The notes beneath the pieces were generated by a model. It was not told where the DNA came from and made no database searches. It saw only the letters and a program-made list of their open reading frames with translations. Positions 48,342 through 64,000 of a stretch of 64,000 bases of DNA are shown here, in pieces. The position numbers and the translations under genes were made by a program. Each line of letters opens with the position of its first letter. The stretch's first letter is position 1. Origin of the DNA: the human T2T-CHM13v2.0 reference genome, Homo sapiens; NCBI RefSeq assembly GCF_009914755.1, contig NC_060934.1, one strand, 5' to 3'.

Positions 48342-49334
48342 CATCGCTATTAATTGCTTTTCAGATAGGTAATTCACAAATATTTTCTCCCATTCTGTGG
48401 GTTTTCTCTTCACTTTGTTTCCTTCACTTTAAAAAAGCTTTCTGACCTGCTGTAATTCCATTTGTCCATGTTTGCTTTGGTTGTCTGTGCTTATGGGGCA
48501 TTATTTAAGAAATTTTTGCTCAAACCATGCCCTAAAGGGTTTCCCCAGTGTTTTCTTGTAAAATTTTGATAGTTTGAGGTGTTAGGTTTAAGTTTTTAAT
48601 TTATTTTAATTTGATTTTTGTATGTGGCAAGAAATAGGGTTCCAGTTTCACTCTTCTGCCTATGGCTTGCAAGTTTTCCCAGCCCTATTTATTACAGAAA
48701 CTGTCTTATTTTTTGTTGTATGTTATCAACACTTTTGTTCAAAATAAGTTTAGTTTAGCTGTATGAGTTTGTTTCTAAGTTCTCTATTTCATTCCATTTG
48801 TCTTTATGTCTTTTTATTCTAGTGTCATGCTGTTTTAATTACTATAGCTTGATAGTATAATTTAAAACCAGGTAATGGGATTCCTCCAGTTTTGGTTTAT
48901 ATACTCAGAATAGCTTTGACTATTATGGTGTTTTGTGGTTCCATATATATTTCAGATTTTTTTTCTATTTCTGTGAGGAATGTCATTGTTATTTTGATAC
49001 AGATGGCATGAAAAGTACAGATTGCTTTGGATCGCATGGACATTTTTTAAAATACTGATTCTTCCAATCTGTGAACATAGATATAACTTTCCATTTTTTT
49101 GTCTTCTCTTTCTTTTATCAGTGTTTTACGTTTTTAATTGTTGAAAACTTTTATTTCTTTGGTAAATTCCCACACATTTTGTTTTATTTGTGGCTATTGC
49201 AAATAGGATTACTTTTTTGAATTCTTTTCCAGTTTGTTGACTGTTGGCATATAGAAATCCTACTGATTTGTACATGTTGATTTTGTATTATGCAAATTTA
49301 CTCAAGTTATTACTTCTAATAGTTTTTTGATGGA

Positions 49335-51784
49335 TATATTAGGCCATTCTCACATTGCTGTAAAAATAATCGGTGACTAGTTAATTTATAAAGGAAATAG
49401 GTTTCATTGGCTCATGGTTCTACAGGCTGTACAGAAAGCACAGCACTGGCTTCTGCTTCTGGTGAAGCCTCTGACAACTGACAATCAAGGTGAAAAATAA
49501 ATCCGGTGCTTGCACATCACGTGGTAAGTGCAAGGGCAGGGGGGAAGTGCTACGCACTTGTAGATAACCAGGTCTCATGAAAACTTAACTATTGTGAGAA
49601 TGGCTCCAAAGGAAATGATGCCAAACTGTTCATGGAAATCCTGCCCTCATGATTCAATCACCTCCCCACTAGGCCCACTTCCAACATTGAGGATTACATT
49701 TCAATGTAAGATTTTGGTGGGAACACACACCTAAACTATATCATTTTGCCCCTGGCCATTCCAAATCTCATATCCTTCTCATATTTCAAAATACAATCAT
49801 GACATCCCAATAATCCCTGAAGTCTTAACTCATTTCAGCCTTAACTCAAAAGTCAAAAGTCTCATCTAAGACAAAGCTAGTTTATTCCTCCTATAAGCCT
49901 GTAAAATAAAAAACAAATTAAGTACTTCCAAGATAAAAATGGGGCATAGGCATTGGGTAAATATTCCTATTCTAAAAGGAAGAAATCAGCCAAAAGAAAG
50001 AGGCCACAGGACCCATGCAAGTCTGAAACCCAGAAGGGGAGTTATTGAATTTTAAGGCTCTAAAATAATTATTTTTGACTCTATGTCCCATTTCCAGGGC
50101 ACACTAATGCCTTGGGACGTTTAGACCTTGTGGCTTTGCATGGTTCAGCCCCCACAGCTGCTCTCATGGGCTGGTATTGTGTGCCTCTGGCTGGTTTTGT
50201 GTGCTTCTGGCTTTTCCAGGTGCAAAGTGCAAGCTGTAGCTAGATCTACCATTCTGGGGTCTGGAGGACAGTGATCCTCTCCTCACAGGTCTACTAGGCC
50301 ATGCCCCAGTAGGCAGCCCACATGGGGACTGTAACTCTACATTTCTTCTCTGCATTGTTTTAGTAGAGGTTCTTCATAAGGGCTCCACCCCTGCAGCATG
50401 CTTCTGCCTGCACACCCTGGCTTTTTTATACATTATTTGAAGTAAAGGTGGAGGCTCCCAAGTCTCAACTCTTGCATTTTGTACACTCACAGGCCTAACA
50501 CCATATGAAAGCTACAAAGGCTTATGGCTTGCACCCTCTGAAGCAGTGACTGGAGTTGTAACTGGGCCAATTTGTGCTACACCTGGAGCTGAAGCAGTGG
50601 CCAGGATGCAGGGAGCCATGTTCTAAGGCTACCCAAGGCAGCAGTTCCTGGGCCTGATCCCAGAAACTATTCTCTTCTTTTAGGCCTCAGGGTCTGTGAT
50701 GGGGGGCTGCCTTTTAGATTTCTAAAATGCCTTCAATTCCTCTTTCCCATTGTCTTGGCTATCAACACTTGCTTTTTTTTTTAAGTTATACAAATATCTC
50801 TAACAAGTGATTGCTCCACAGCCTGCTCAAGTTCCTCTCTTGTAAAAGCTTTTTATTTTTCTGCCACATGACTAGGCTGCAAAGTTTTTAAGCTTTTACC
50901 CTATGCTTCCCTTGCAAGTAAAATAAATTACAACTTACTTTTTTTTGCTCCAACATGTGAGCATAGGTTGTTAGAAGCAGCCAGGCCACATCTTGAACGC
51001 TTTGGTGCTTAGACATTTTTCCAACAGAAACCCTAAATCATCACTTTCAAATTCAAACTTTTATATATCCCTAGGGCATGACAAAAATTCAGCCAACCAC
51101 TTTGCTAAGACAACATGAATGACCTTTGCTTCGGTCCTAATTTTCTAATTTTCATCTGAGACCTCCTCAGCTCAGCCTTCACTGTCCAGATCACTATCAG
51201 CATTTTGGTCACAGCCATTCAAAATTAAGAAAATCTCAACTTTCCCTCATTTTTCTGTCTTCTTCTGAGTGCTACAAACTCTTCCAACCTCTGCCTGTTT
51301 ACCCAATTACAAAGCTGATTCCACATTTTCAGGTATTCTTATAACAATTTTCCACTCCTTTGTGCCAATTTTCTGTATTAAGCTTTTTCCCCATCACTAT
51401 AAATACCTGAGACTGGGTAATTTATTTTTTAAAAAGGAGGTTTAAGCGGCTCATGATTCTACAGGCTGTAGAGAAGACACAGCACTGGCATGCACTTCTG
51501 GGAAGGCCTCTGGAAGTTTACAGTCATGGCAAAAGTTGAAGCAGAATCTTGCACATCACAGGGCAAAAAGCAGGAGCAGAAAACAGAGGGGCGAGTTACA
51601 CACTTTTAAATAACCAGGTCTTATGGGAACTCACTCACTATCATGAAGATAGTACCAAGTGGGATGGTGCTAAGCCATTTATGAGTAATCCACCCCAATG
51701 GTTAAATCACCTGGCCCACCTCCAACATGGAGAATTACATTTAAATATGAGATTTGGGAGGGGACGCACATTCAAACCCTATCA
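49335..51784 (-). mobile_element. Complete MST-type MaLR element (LTR-internal-LTR)
   Basis: Related LTRs at 49335-49743 and 51374-51784 flank ~1.6 kb of MaLR internal sequence. Confidence 0.85.
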
Positions 51785-52124
51785 GAGGAGTCTTTATGTT
51801 TTTCCAAATATAAGATTATATCACTGGCAAAAACAATAATTTGACTTCTTTTCCAACTGGGGTGCCTTTTATTATTGCTTTCTCTTGTCTGATTGCTCCA
51901 GACAGGACTTTCAGAATTATGTTGAATAACAGTGGTAAAAGTGGATATTCTTGTCATCTTCCAGAGTTTAGAGGAAAGGCTTTTAGTTTTTCCCCACTTG
52001 GTATGATACTAGCTGTGGGTCTGTCATATATGACTTTTATTATGTTCAGATATGTTCATTCCATACCCAGTTTTCAAAGGGTTTATTATTAAAGAATATT
52101 AAATTTTATCAAATACTTTTTTAG

Positions 52125-52449
<325 letters not shown>

Positions 52450-53043
52450 CTTCATTCTGTTTATATGATATATCACATTGACTGATTTGCATGTTGAACC
52501 ATCCTTGTATCTCTGGGATAAATTCCCCTTGGTCATTATGAATTACCTATTTATGTATTGTTTAATTGCATTTACTAGGTTTTTTGCAAATTTTTGCATC
52601 AATATTCTCAAATATGGGCCTGCAGTTTGCTTTTTAAATGTGTCTTTGTCTTGTTTTAATATCACTGTAATACCAGCCTCAAAGAATGAGTTTGGAAATG
52701 TTCTTTCCTTCTCTATTTTTCAGTCTGGTCCTATAGACATTTTTTTATTATGGCTTTAATTTTGTTACTTGTTATTGGTCTGTTCAGGTTTTGGATTTTT
52801 TCCTAGTTCACTCTTGGTAAGTTGTGTGTGTCTAAGAATTAATTTCCTCTAGGTTTTCTAATTTGTTGGCATACAATTACTTATAGTAGCCACTAATGAT
52901 CTTTTGATTTTCTGAAACGTTACTTGTAAAGTCTCCTTTTTCACCTTTGATTTTATTAATTTGTATCTTTGTTTTTTAGCTAGCCTGTCTAAATATTTGT
53001 CAATTGTTTTACTGTTCAAAAAATCAACTTTTTGTTTCATTGA

Positions 53044-54203
<1,160 letters not shown>

Positions 54204-56037
54204 AAATTTTCCTTTCATAATAGTACCTCTTTTACCATATTCCACAGGTTTTGCTATGCTATGTTTCTATTATTTGTTTCAAGAAATTTTTCCATTTTCT
54301 TTTTAACATTTTTATTGACCTACTGATCATTCAAGAGCATATTGTTTAATGTCCAAGTGTTTGTATAGTTTCTGAAATTCATTTTTTAATCGATTTCTAG
54401 TTTGTTCCATTGTGGTCAGAGAAAATGCTTGAAATTACTTCAAATTTTTTTAATGTTTTTAGACTTGCTACTTAACATATGGTCTATCCTTGAAAATAAC
54501 CCATGTGCAGAGAAGAATGTGTATTCTGCAGCTGTTGGATGAAATTTTCTGTAAATATCTATTAGGTTCATTTGTTATACAGTGCAGATTAAGTCTGATG
54601 TTTCTTTGTTGATTTTCTGTCTGGAAGGTCTATCCAATGACTAAAGTAGGGTGTCGAAGTGTTCAGCCATTATTGTATTGATGTCTCTTTCTTTAGCTCT
54701 TATAGTATTTGCTTCATTTATCTAGGTGCTTTAGTGTTGGGTGCATATATATTTCCAATTATATCCTCTTCAAGAATTGATCTCTTTATTATTATATAAT
54801 GACCTTCTTCATATCTTCCTACAGTCTTTTGTTGAAATCTATTTTTGTCTGGTATAAGTAAAGCTATTTCTGTTCTTTTTTGGTTTCTATTGGCATGGAA
54901 TAACTTTTTCCATCGTTTTATTTTCAGTCTAAATGTATCTTTATAGGTAAAGTATTTTTTTTTGTAGGTCACAGATTATTGTCTTGCTTCTCTATCCATT
55001 CATCCACTATTTGTCTTTTGATTGGAGTATTTCATTCATGTACATTCAATGTTATTATTGATAAGCACTTACTCCTGCCCTTTTGTTACTTGTTTTCTGA
55101 TTGACTTTTGTCCTCTCATCGTTCTTTTCTTTCTTCCTGTCTTCCTTTTAGTGAAGGTGATTTATCTTTTAATATTATCTAATTTATTGCTTTTTACTTT
55201 TTGTACATCTGTGGTATGCTTTTTGATTTAAAATTATCATGAGGCTTGAATATAATATCTTATAACACATCATTTTAGACTGTGGACAATTTAACATTGA
55301 TTGCATAAACAAAGAAACAAGCAAAGCAACTAATAAAAACTCTACACTTTAACTCCATTGCCATTCTTTTAAACTTTTTGTTGTTTCTCTTCCTTCCCTA
55401 TTTTACTGTCTATGTCTTGGAAATATGTTGTAGTTATTTTTTACTGGTTTATTGTTTACTCTTTCTATTTGAGATTTTTGCACACCATAATTACCATCTT
55501 ATAATATTCTGTGTTTTTCCATGTGCTATTACTAGTTGAGTTCTGTACCTTCAGATGACTTCTTATTGCTCATTCACTTTTTTTCTTTCAGGCTAAGAAC
55601 TCCCTTTAGCATTTCTTGTAGGACAGGTCTGGTGTTAATGAAATACCTCAGTTTTTGTTTGTCGGAAAAAGTTCTCATTTCTCTGTCAAGTTTAAAGGAC
55701 TTTTTGCCAAATACATTATTCTAAAGTAAAAGTCTTTTTTTTCTTCAGCTTTTCTAATATGTCATGCCACTCTCTCAGCCTGTAAATTTTCCCCTGAAAA
55801 GTCTGCTGTCAGATGTATTGGAGTTCCACTGAATGTTATTTGTGTCTCTTCTCTTGCTGCTTTTAGAATCATTTCTTTATCCTTAACCTTTGGGAGTTCA
55901 GTTAAGTGCCTTGAGGTGGTCTTCTTTGGGTTAAATCTGCTTGATGTTCTGTAACTTTCTTGTACTTGAATGTTGATATCGAATGTTGGGGAATTGTTTA
56001 ATATTATCTAATATTATTTCTTTAAATAAATGTTTAA

Positions 56038-56332
<295 letters not shown>

Positions 56333-57227
56333 ATAAATGTTTAACTCTTATCTCTTTTTCTACCACCTCTTTAAGGCCAATAACTCTTAGATTCCTATTT
56401 TGAGGCTATTTTTTAGATTCTGTAGGCATGCTTTATTCTTTATTCTTTTTTGTCTCCTCTGACTTTGTCTTTTCAAATAGTCTGACTTCAAGTTCACTAA
56501 ATCTATCTTCTCCTTGATCAATTTTTTTAAGTAACTCTGATGCATTCTTCAGTATGATAATTGCATTTTAACTTCAGAATTTCTGCTTTATTCTTTTTAT
56601 TTAAATCTTATCTTTAAATTTATCTGATAGAATTTTGAATTCCTTCTCTGTGTTATATTGAATTTCTTCGAATTACCTCAACCAGCTATTTTGGATTTCC
56701 TGTATGAAAGGTCACATATCTCTATTTTTCCAGGATTTGCCCCTGGTGCCTTATTTAGCTTGTTTGGTGAGGTCATGTTTTCCTGGATGGCCTTGATACT
56801 TATAGATGTTCATCTATATCTGGGCATTGAAGAGGTCAGTCTTTATTGTAGTCTTCACAGTCTGGGCTTGTTGGTGCCCATTATTTTTGGGAACACTCTC
56901 CAAGTGTTCAAAGAGACTTAGGTCCCAAGCCCAATACACAGTAGCAAACACGTAAAGGTACTGCTTTGGTGGCCTTGGATTAACATCAAGAAAAATTCTC
57001 TTAATTTTTCAAGTAGAGATCTTGTTCTCTTCCCTTTCTTTCTCTGAAACCAGCAGAGTCTCTCTTTCTCTGCTGAGGCATGTGGAGCTGGAGTTGGGGT
57101 AACATAAGCACCCCTGAGGCCACCACCACTGAGACTGTGCTGGTTCACACATGAAGTAGCCATAGAACTTGGTCTCACCCAAGGCCCACTGTAACCACAA
57201 CTTGGCTACCATATAAGTTTATTCAAA

Positions 57228-57561
57228 GCCCTAGCCCTAGCCCTAACCCTAACCCCAAACCCTAACCCTAGTCCTAGCCTTAGCCCTAACCCTTACCCTA
57301 ACCCTAACCCCCAACCCCAACCCTTAACCCTTAACCATGACCCCTAACCACTGACCCCAACCCTAACCCTTAACCCTAACCCTTAACCCCTAACCCTAAC
57401 TCTAAAACCCTAACCCCAACCCCAACACTAACCCCTAACCCTAACCCTCACCCTCACCCTCACCCTAACCCTTAACCCTAACACTAACCATCTAACCCTT
57501 CTCCATAACTTAAACCTAACCATTACCCCAACCCTAAATCAAACTCTAAGCAAACCCTAAC
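57228..57561. repeat. Degenerate interstitial telomeric repeat (CCCTAA)n
   Basis: Mix of CCCTAA, CCCTAG, CCCCAA, CCCTCA and CCTTAA, in the same polarity as the terminal array. Confidence 0.93.
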
Positions 57562-57805
57562 ACACTAGGCACACAAGAACAGAGGTGTGCATATTCATTC
57601 TGTCATACTTATGTTTGCACTTCCTCTCACACATACACATCAACACACTCACATATGCATACCCCTATACATACTGAAATGTCATCTGATTTGTGACCCA
57701 AAGAACTCTCAACTAAGAAATAAATGAAAAGTTGCTTACACTGACTAATACTGAAGGAAGTGCCAATTAAAAGAATATTAAAATATCTTTGCCTGCCTGT
57801 GTGCA

Positions 57806-58101
57806 GGCTGGCGTGGTGGCTCCTGCCTATAATCACAGCACTTTGGGAGGCAGAAGTGAGTGGATCACTTGAGGCCAGAAGCTTGAGACCAGCCTGGTCA
57901 ACATGAGGAAACCCCCATCTCCACTAAAAAAAAAAAAAAAAAAAAATAGTTGGGCATGTTGGCACGCACCTGTGTTCCCAGCTACTTGGAAGGCTGAGGC
58001 CTAAAAATCATTTGAACCCAGGAGTTGGAGGTTGCTATAAGCCAAGACTGTGCCACTGCACTCCTCCCTGGGCAACAGAGCAAGAACCTGTCTCAAGAAA
58101 A
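57806..58101 (+). mobile_element. Alu (old S/J) element
   Basis: GGCTGGCGTGGTGGCTC through AGCAAGAACCTGTCTCAAG, with an expanded middle A-tract. Confidence 0.88.
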
Positions 58102-58389
58102 GGACTGATATTTACTGTTGACAAAGGCTACAGGCACTCTCTTGCTAACCCTAAACCCTGACTTTGACCCAGACCTCATCATACTCTTCCCCGCAATTCC
58201 TCAGGTATGTTTTCTTTCTGCTAATTTTTTTCCCCTAAACTTCTAACACTTAATACGCTAAATAGTAAACCAACCCATACCCAATCCCATCCGCAATTTA
58301 ATACTAAACCACACTAGGACTTGACATCACAAGAACAGAAAGGTACAGATCAATGTCTAGTATAATTATTCAATTAATAATGCTCAAGA

Positions 58390-58700
<311 letters not shown>

Positions 58701-58809
58701 ATGCCCAAGAAAATAATTGTAATTTCATACTAGCACGTATTTTGAGGATTGCACAACATGATCACTACATCCTTTTCTCAGAAAATCAAGCTGGTTTGGC
58801 ATACTAAAG

Positions 58810-59310
58810 CCATCACTGCAAAGGAACATCAAATAAACAGAATAAAGAAGAAACCCACATGCTAATTTCAATAGATGCAGGAAGTACTTTAAACAAAGTC
58901 AACACCATTTCATCATAAAAACACCCAACAAACCAGGGATAGGAATTTTCTAAACACCACAATCGGACTTTAGCACAATCTCCATTGTCAGGGCCCAGTG
59001 CTTTACTCCTAAGATCAGGACCAAGGCACCAATGCTCATTTTCATCACTGTATTCAACACTGTACGGGAAGTTCCATCCACAACAAATAGGAGAGAAAAA
59101 GAAGTAAAGAGAACTTATATGTGTTAGGAAACAGTACAAATGGCTACTCACAGATCACAGGAGCTATCTTATGTACAGAAATATCATGACAAACCCCCAA
59201 AATATTATTAAAACTAGTAAACTACAACACAAAATGTCAATACACAGTAATCTGCTGTATTTCCAGACACCAGCAACAAACAACATGAGAATGTAATTAT
59301 GAAAACCATT
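58810..59310 (+). mobile_element. Old L1M ORF2 (RT) remnant
   Basis: TTTCAATAGATGCAGGAAG, CCTAAGATCAGGACCAAGGCA and TATTCAACACTGTAC motifs. Confidence 0.6.
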
Positions 59311-59312
59311 CC

Positions 59313-59960
<648 letters not shown>

Positions 59961-60319
59961 TTATTTCTGAACTCAAAATTCAGTTCCATTGATCTATTCA
60001 ATGGATTATACCAGAATCATGTTGATTTTATTACTGTTGCTTTATAGTAGGATTTGAAATTTGGAAATGTGAGCCTCTGAGTTGTTTTGTTTTTTTGTTG
60101 TTTTTTTTTTTTGACACTATTTTGGCTATTCTGCATCCCTTGATATTTCGTATAAATGACAGGATCAGCCTGTTGATTTCTGCCAAAAGGACGTTGGGAT
60201 TGTAACAGGAATCACAAAGAATCTGTAGATGGCTTTGTGTAGTACTGCCACCTTAAGAATTATTAAGTCTTCCAGTTCGTGAATATGAGGTGTCTTTAAA
60301 TTTATGTAAGCTTTCTTGA

Positions 60320-60930
<611 letters not shown>

Positions 60931-60986
60931 TCATTCTAACATTTTTAAAAATTCTGAAATTTTAGCCATGAATCAGGCATAAATAC

Positions 60987-61093
60987 TGTGATGGTTAATT
61001 TTAGGTGTCAACTTTACCAGATTAAGGAATACACAGAGAGCTGTTAAAGCACTATGTGTGGGTATGTCTGTGAAGGTGTTTTCAGAAGAGATA
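60987..61093 (+). mobile_element. MLT2 (ERVL) LTR 5' fragment
   Basis: TGTGATGGTTAATTTTAGGTGTCAACTT...GGGTATGTCTGTGAAGGTGTTTTCAGAAGAGAT. Confidence 0.75.
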
Positions 61094-61127
61094 TCATACT
61101 GGTATAACATATCACGGCATATCGTAA

Positions 61128-61414
61128 TACTGATATGACACCCACAAGACTGCTGTGACACCCATAAGACTGATGTGAAGCCCACAAGATTCATGACACT
61201 CCTAAGACTCATATGACACCCATAATACTGATATGACACCTGTAAGGCTGATATGACACTCATAAGACTGATGGGACACCTGCAATACTGATATGATGCA
61301 CACAATACAGATATGACACCTGAAATACTGATATGACGCCCACAATACTGCTATGACACCCCTAAGACTCATGTGACACCCTCAATACTGATATTGCAGC
61401 CGCAATACTGATAC
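61128..61414. repeat. 20-bp degenerate minisatellite (~14 copies)
   Basis: Consensus (T/G)ACTGATATGACACCCAYAA. Confidence 0.88.
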
Positions 61415-62588
61415 AGCATCCAGACTCTCACCGGGGTGCTTGGTACACAGCTTCCACTGACCTGAATTTGGACTGGGTTTGGCCTCTGTAGTGAAGTTTG
61501 ATGCCATCTCTGCTTTACTGACATGGTATTACTGTGGTTGTTTTCAATTTACTTTACAGTAATTTCATACTTCTAGGAATCTTGCAATAGCAGTGTAAAG
61601 TGTAACTTATCCCTTCTCTTAGATTCCTCAGCAGTTACAGCAACTCCACACAAAACACTCCAGTGTATTTTACCAAAGCAAAGACGGCCTCCCAGCTAAC
61701 CACCACGTAACTCCCAAATCAGGAAATACAAGGTCTCTACCTGACAATCCAATCCAGGGACCCATTTCACTTCACTGCCTGCCCCAAGTGGGAGAAAGGG
61801 TCTCTTTCCATTTGGATTGGGTTTTCCTTTTTCTGGAATGTTCCTGAGCTGTCCCTCAGTTTCACAACGTTGGCAGATAACTCCCAGCTGGGTCTGCCCC
61901 GTGTTTCCTCCTGAGCAGATGCAGACCCTGCGTTCCCAGGGGAAACACCTCAGCCCAATGCTTGCTCTCCTCAGTGCAACCCACCAGAAAGAGCACAATC
62001 CCCCTGCCCGCAACTGGTGATCTCAACTGTAAAATGGCAAAATTCTCATTTTCAAACCCAAGGTTCACAATGTCACTCTCTGATTCAACTTTTACAATGG
62101 ATTCCCACTGGCCTTAGAACAAGGACCACAGGACTGACCATGACCTCCACACACTGTGTGCTCCTTCCTGCATGCTGCCCTTTCCAAGGCATTCAACCCC
62201 AGTGGCCTGCAGTCTTGTATGCTCTCTCTTACAGGGACACAGCAGCCTCCTGGGTGTCTCGAGTATTTAATGCATGTTCCCTCAAGCCATTCACCCAATG
62301 TCCACCCTTAGCAAATTGTCTAAGACACTGTCCAGCAAAATCCCTAAAGTCACAGCAGGTGTGGTATCTAACAGTAGTAAAGTTAATAATGTGGTTTTTC
62401 TAAAAACAAAATGTAATTATTTCTTAGATAATCTCTAAGAATCACCCGCAATTTGTAGATCAAGGAAATAATAGTTTAATGGAACCAAAGTCCATGTATG
62501 AGATAATTAGGAAAGAAAAACGAAATCTCAGTGTTGAACGAAAGGCAAATGGCGTAACTAATTACTGAAATTTAATAAGAACACACTG

Positions 62589-62837
62589 GGCCGGGCATGG
62601 TGGCTCATGCTTGTAATCCCAGCACTTTGGGGGGATCTGAGGCCAGCCTGGGCAACATGGCAAAACCTCATCTCTACAAAAAAAATACAAAAATTAGCTG
62701 AGCACGGTTGTATACACCTGTAGTCCCAGCTACTGGGGAGGCTGAAGCAGGAGGATGGCTCGAGCCCGGGAGGATGCAGTGAGCCGAGATGGTGCCAGAG
62801 GACTCCAGCCTGGGCAATCGGGCCAGACCCTAAAAAC
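62589..62837 (+). mobile_element. AluJ-like element with internal deletion
   Basis: GGCCGGGCATGGTGGCTCATG...; part of the left arm is missing. Confidence 0.82.
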
Positions 62838-63194
62838 ACTCTCCTCCTGACTCTTCAGGGAGCCAGACAGAATTCTCTCTCTTCTGCTGCCTCCTTTGTG
62901 TTTGAATATAAAACACAAAAACGAAAGCTTTGTGAAATAAATTTAACCAAGCTAAACAAAACACCTAAATAAAAGCTTTGTCTGGGAAACTTGCTCATCC
63001 TCATGTCAATTTCTATTACTGGAGAGCCAAGAAACTCTGGTCAGTAACAATACCACTGACAGCTGGTTCCTGCAAAAGGTGTTGTGTTAGACAGGAATTA
63101 TTTTAAAATAATTAAAGCTTGTCATTGGGTCATAAGAAATTGTTTAATATAACAATTCCCTCAATTGAAAACAAGATAAACTAATAAGTATATT

Positions 63195-63401
63195 TTGTTG
63201 TTGTTGTTTTGTTTTGTTTTTGTTTATTTTTTTTATTATTATACTTTAAGTTTTAGGGTACATGTGCACAATGTGCAGGTTAGTTACATATGTATACATG
63301 TGCCATGCTGGTGTGCTGCACCCATTAACTCGTCATTGAGCATTAGGTATATCTCCTAATGCTATCCCTCCCCACTCTCCCCACCCCACAACAGTCCCCA
63401 G
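63195..63401 (-). mobile_element. Short L1PA 3'-end fragment
   Basis: T-rich tail, then TATACTTTAAGTTTTAGGGTACATGTGCACAATGTGCAGG...CCCCACAACAGTCCCCAG. Confidence 0.88.
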
Positions 63402-63512
63402 ATATTTTTTAAAATATTATTGATGGAAACAAACCGCAGAAATAAATAGAATTAAGAATTCTGTAAAAAACTAGAAAGATATAAATTAGAAGTCAAATAA
63501 GAGAAACTTATT

Positions 63513-63806
63513 GGCTCATGCCTGTAATCACAGTACTTTGGGAGGCCGAGGCGGGCGGATCAGCTGAGGTCAGGAGTTTGAGAACGGCATGGCCAACATG
63601 GCAAAACCCAGTCTCTACTAAAAATACAATAATCAGCCAGGCATGGTGGCGCAGACCTGTAATCCCAGCTACTCAAGAGGCTGAGGACGAATTACTTGAA
63701 CACAGGAGGTGGAGGCTGCAGTCAGCCGAGATCTCCACTGCGCCACTGCACTCCAGCATGGGAGACAGAGCAGAACCCCGTCTCAAAAAATAAAAAATAA
63801 AAAAAA
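63513..63806 (+). mobile_element. AluS element
   Basis: Sense Alu with polyA; a further Alu begins at ~63970 and runs off the window. Confidence 0.9.
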
Positions 63807-64000
63807 GGAGAAACATATTGAATCAAACTGGAAACAGAGAGAAAATGGGTGATTTCCTAATAAAAATACACAACAAAATGGACTCTAAAATAAGGAAAAT
63901 TTAAATACACCGATTAGCATAGAAAAGCTTGGAGTGACCCTTAGAGATCCCCATCAAAAAAGGACCCCAGGGGCAGGGCGTGGTGGCTCATGCCTGTAAT

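Overview
This is a human (great-ape type) chromosome end read from the telomere inward, most likely 10p because it carries an intact 444-aa TUBB8. It opens with about 2.6 kb of (CCCTAA)n with variant blocks, about 40 perfect copies of a CpG-rich 29-bp TERRA-promoter-type repeat, and a CpG island with a consensus CTCF site. Then come about 27 kb of stacked L1 elements and Alus, including a near full-length L1PA3-like copy. A FAM166A (CIMIP2A)-like unprocessed pseudogene lies tail-to-tail with the 4-exon TUBB8 gene (minus strand). A decayed ERV1 provirus abuts the TUBB8 promoter, followed by a nested L1MA/MaLR/Alu block, a degenerate interstitial telomere tract at about 57.2-57.6 kb and an Alu-dense tail. 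Most content belongs to known families. The best leads are the apparently ERV-derived TUBB8 upstream region (E-box cluster, DUX4 site), two L1 copies sharing non-consensus variants that flank TUBB8, an AUG-initiated repeat ORF on the TERRA strand, a re-initiated L1 ORF1 and an unexplained inverted repeat with arms of about 200 bp. Family assignments come from recalled consensus sequences, not database searches.
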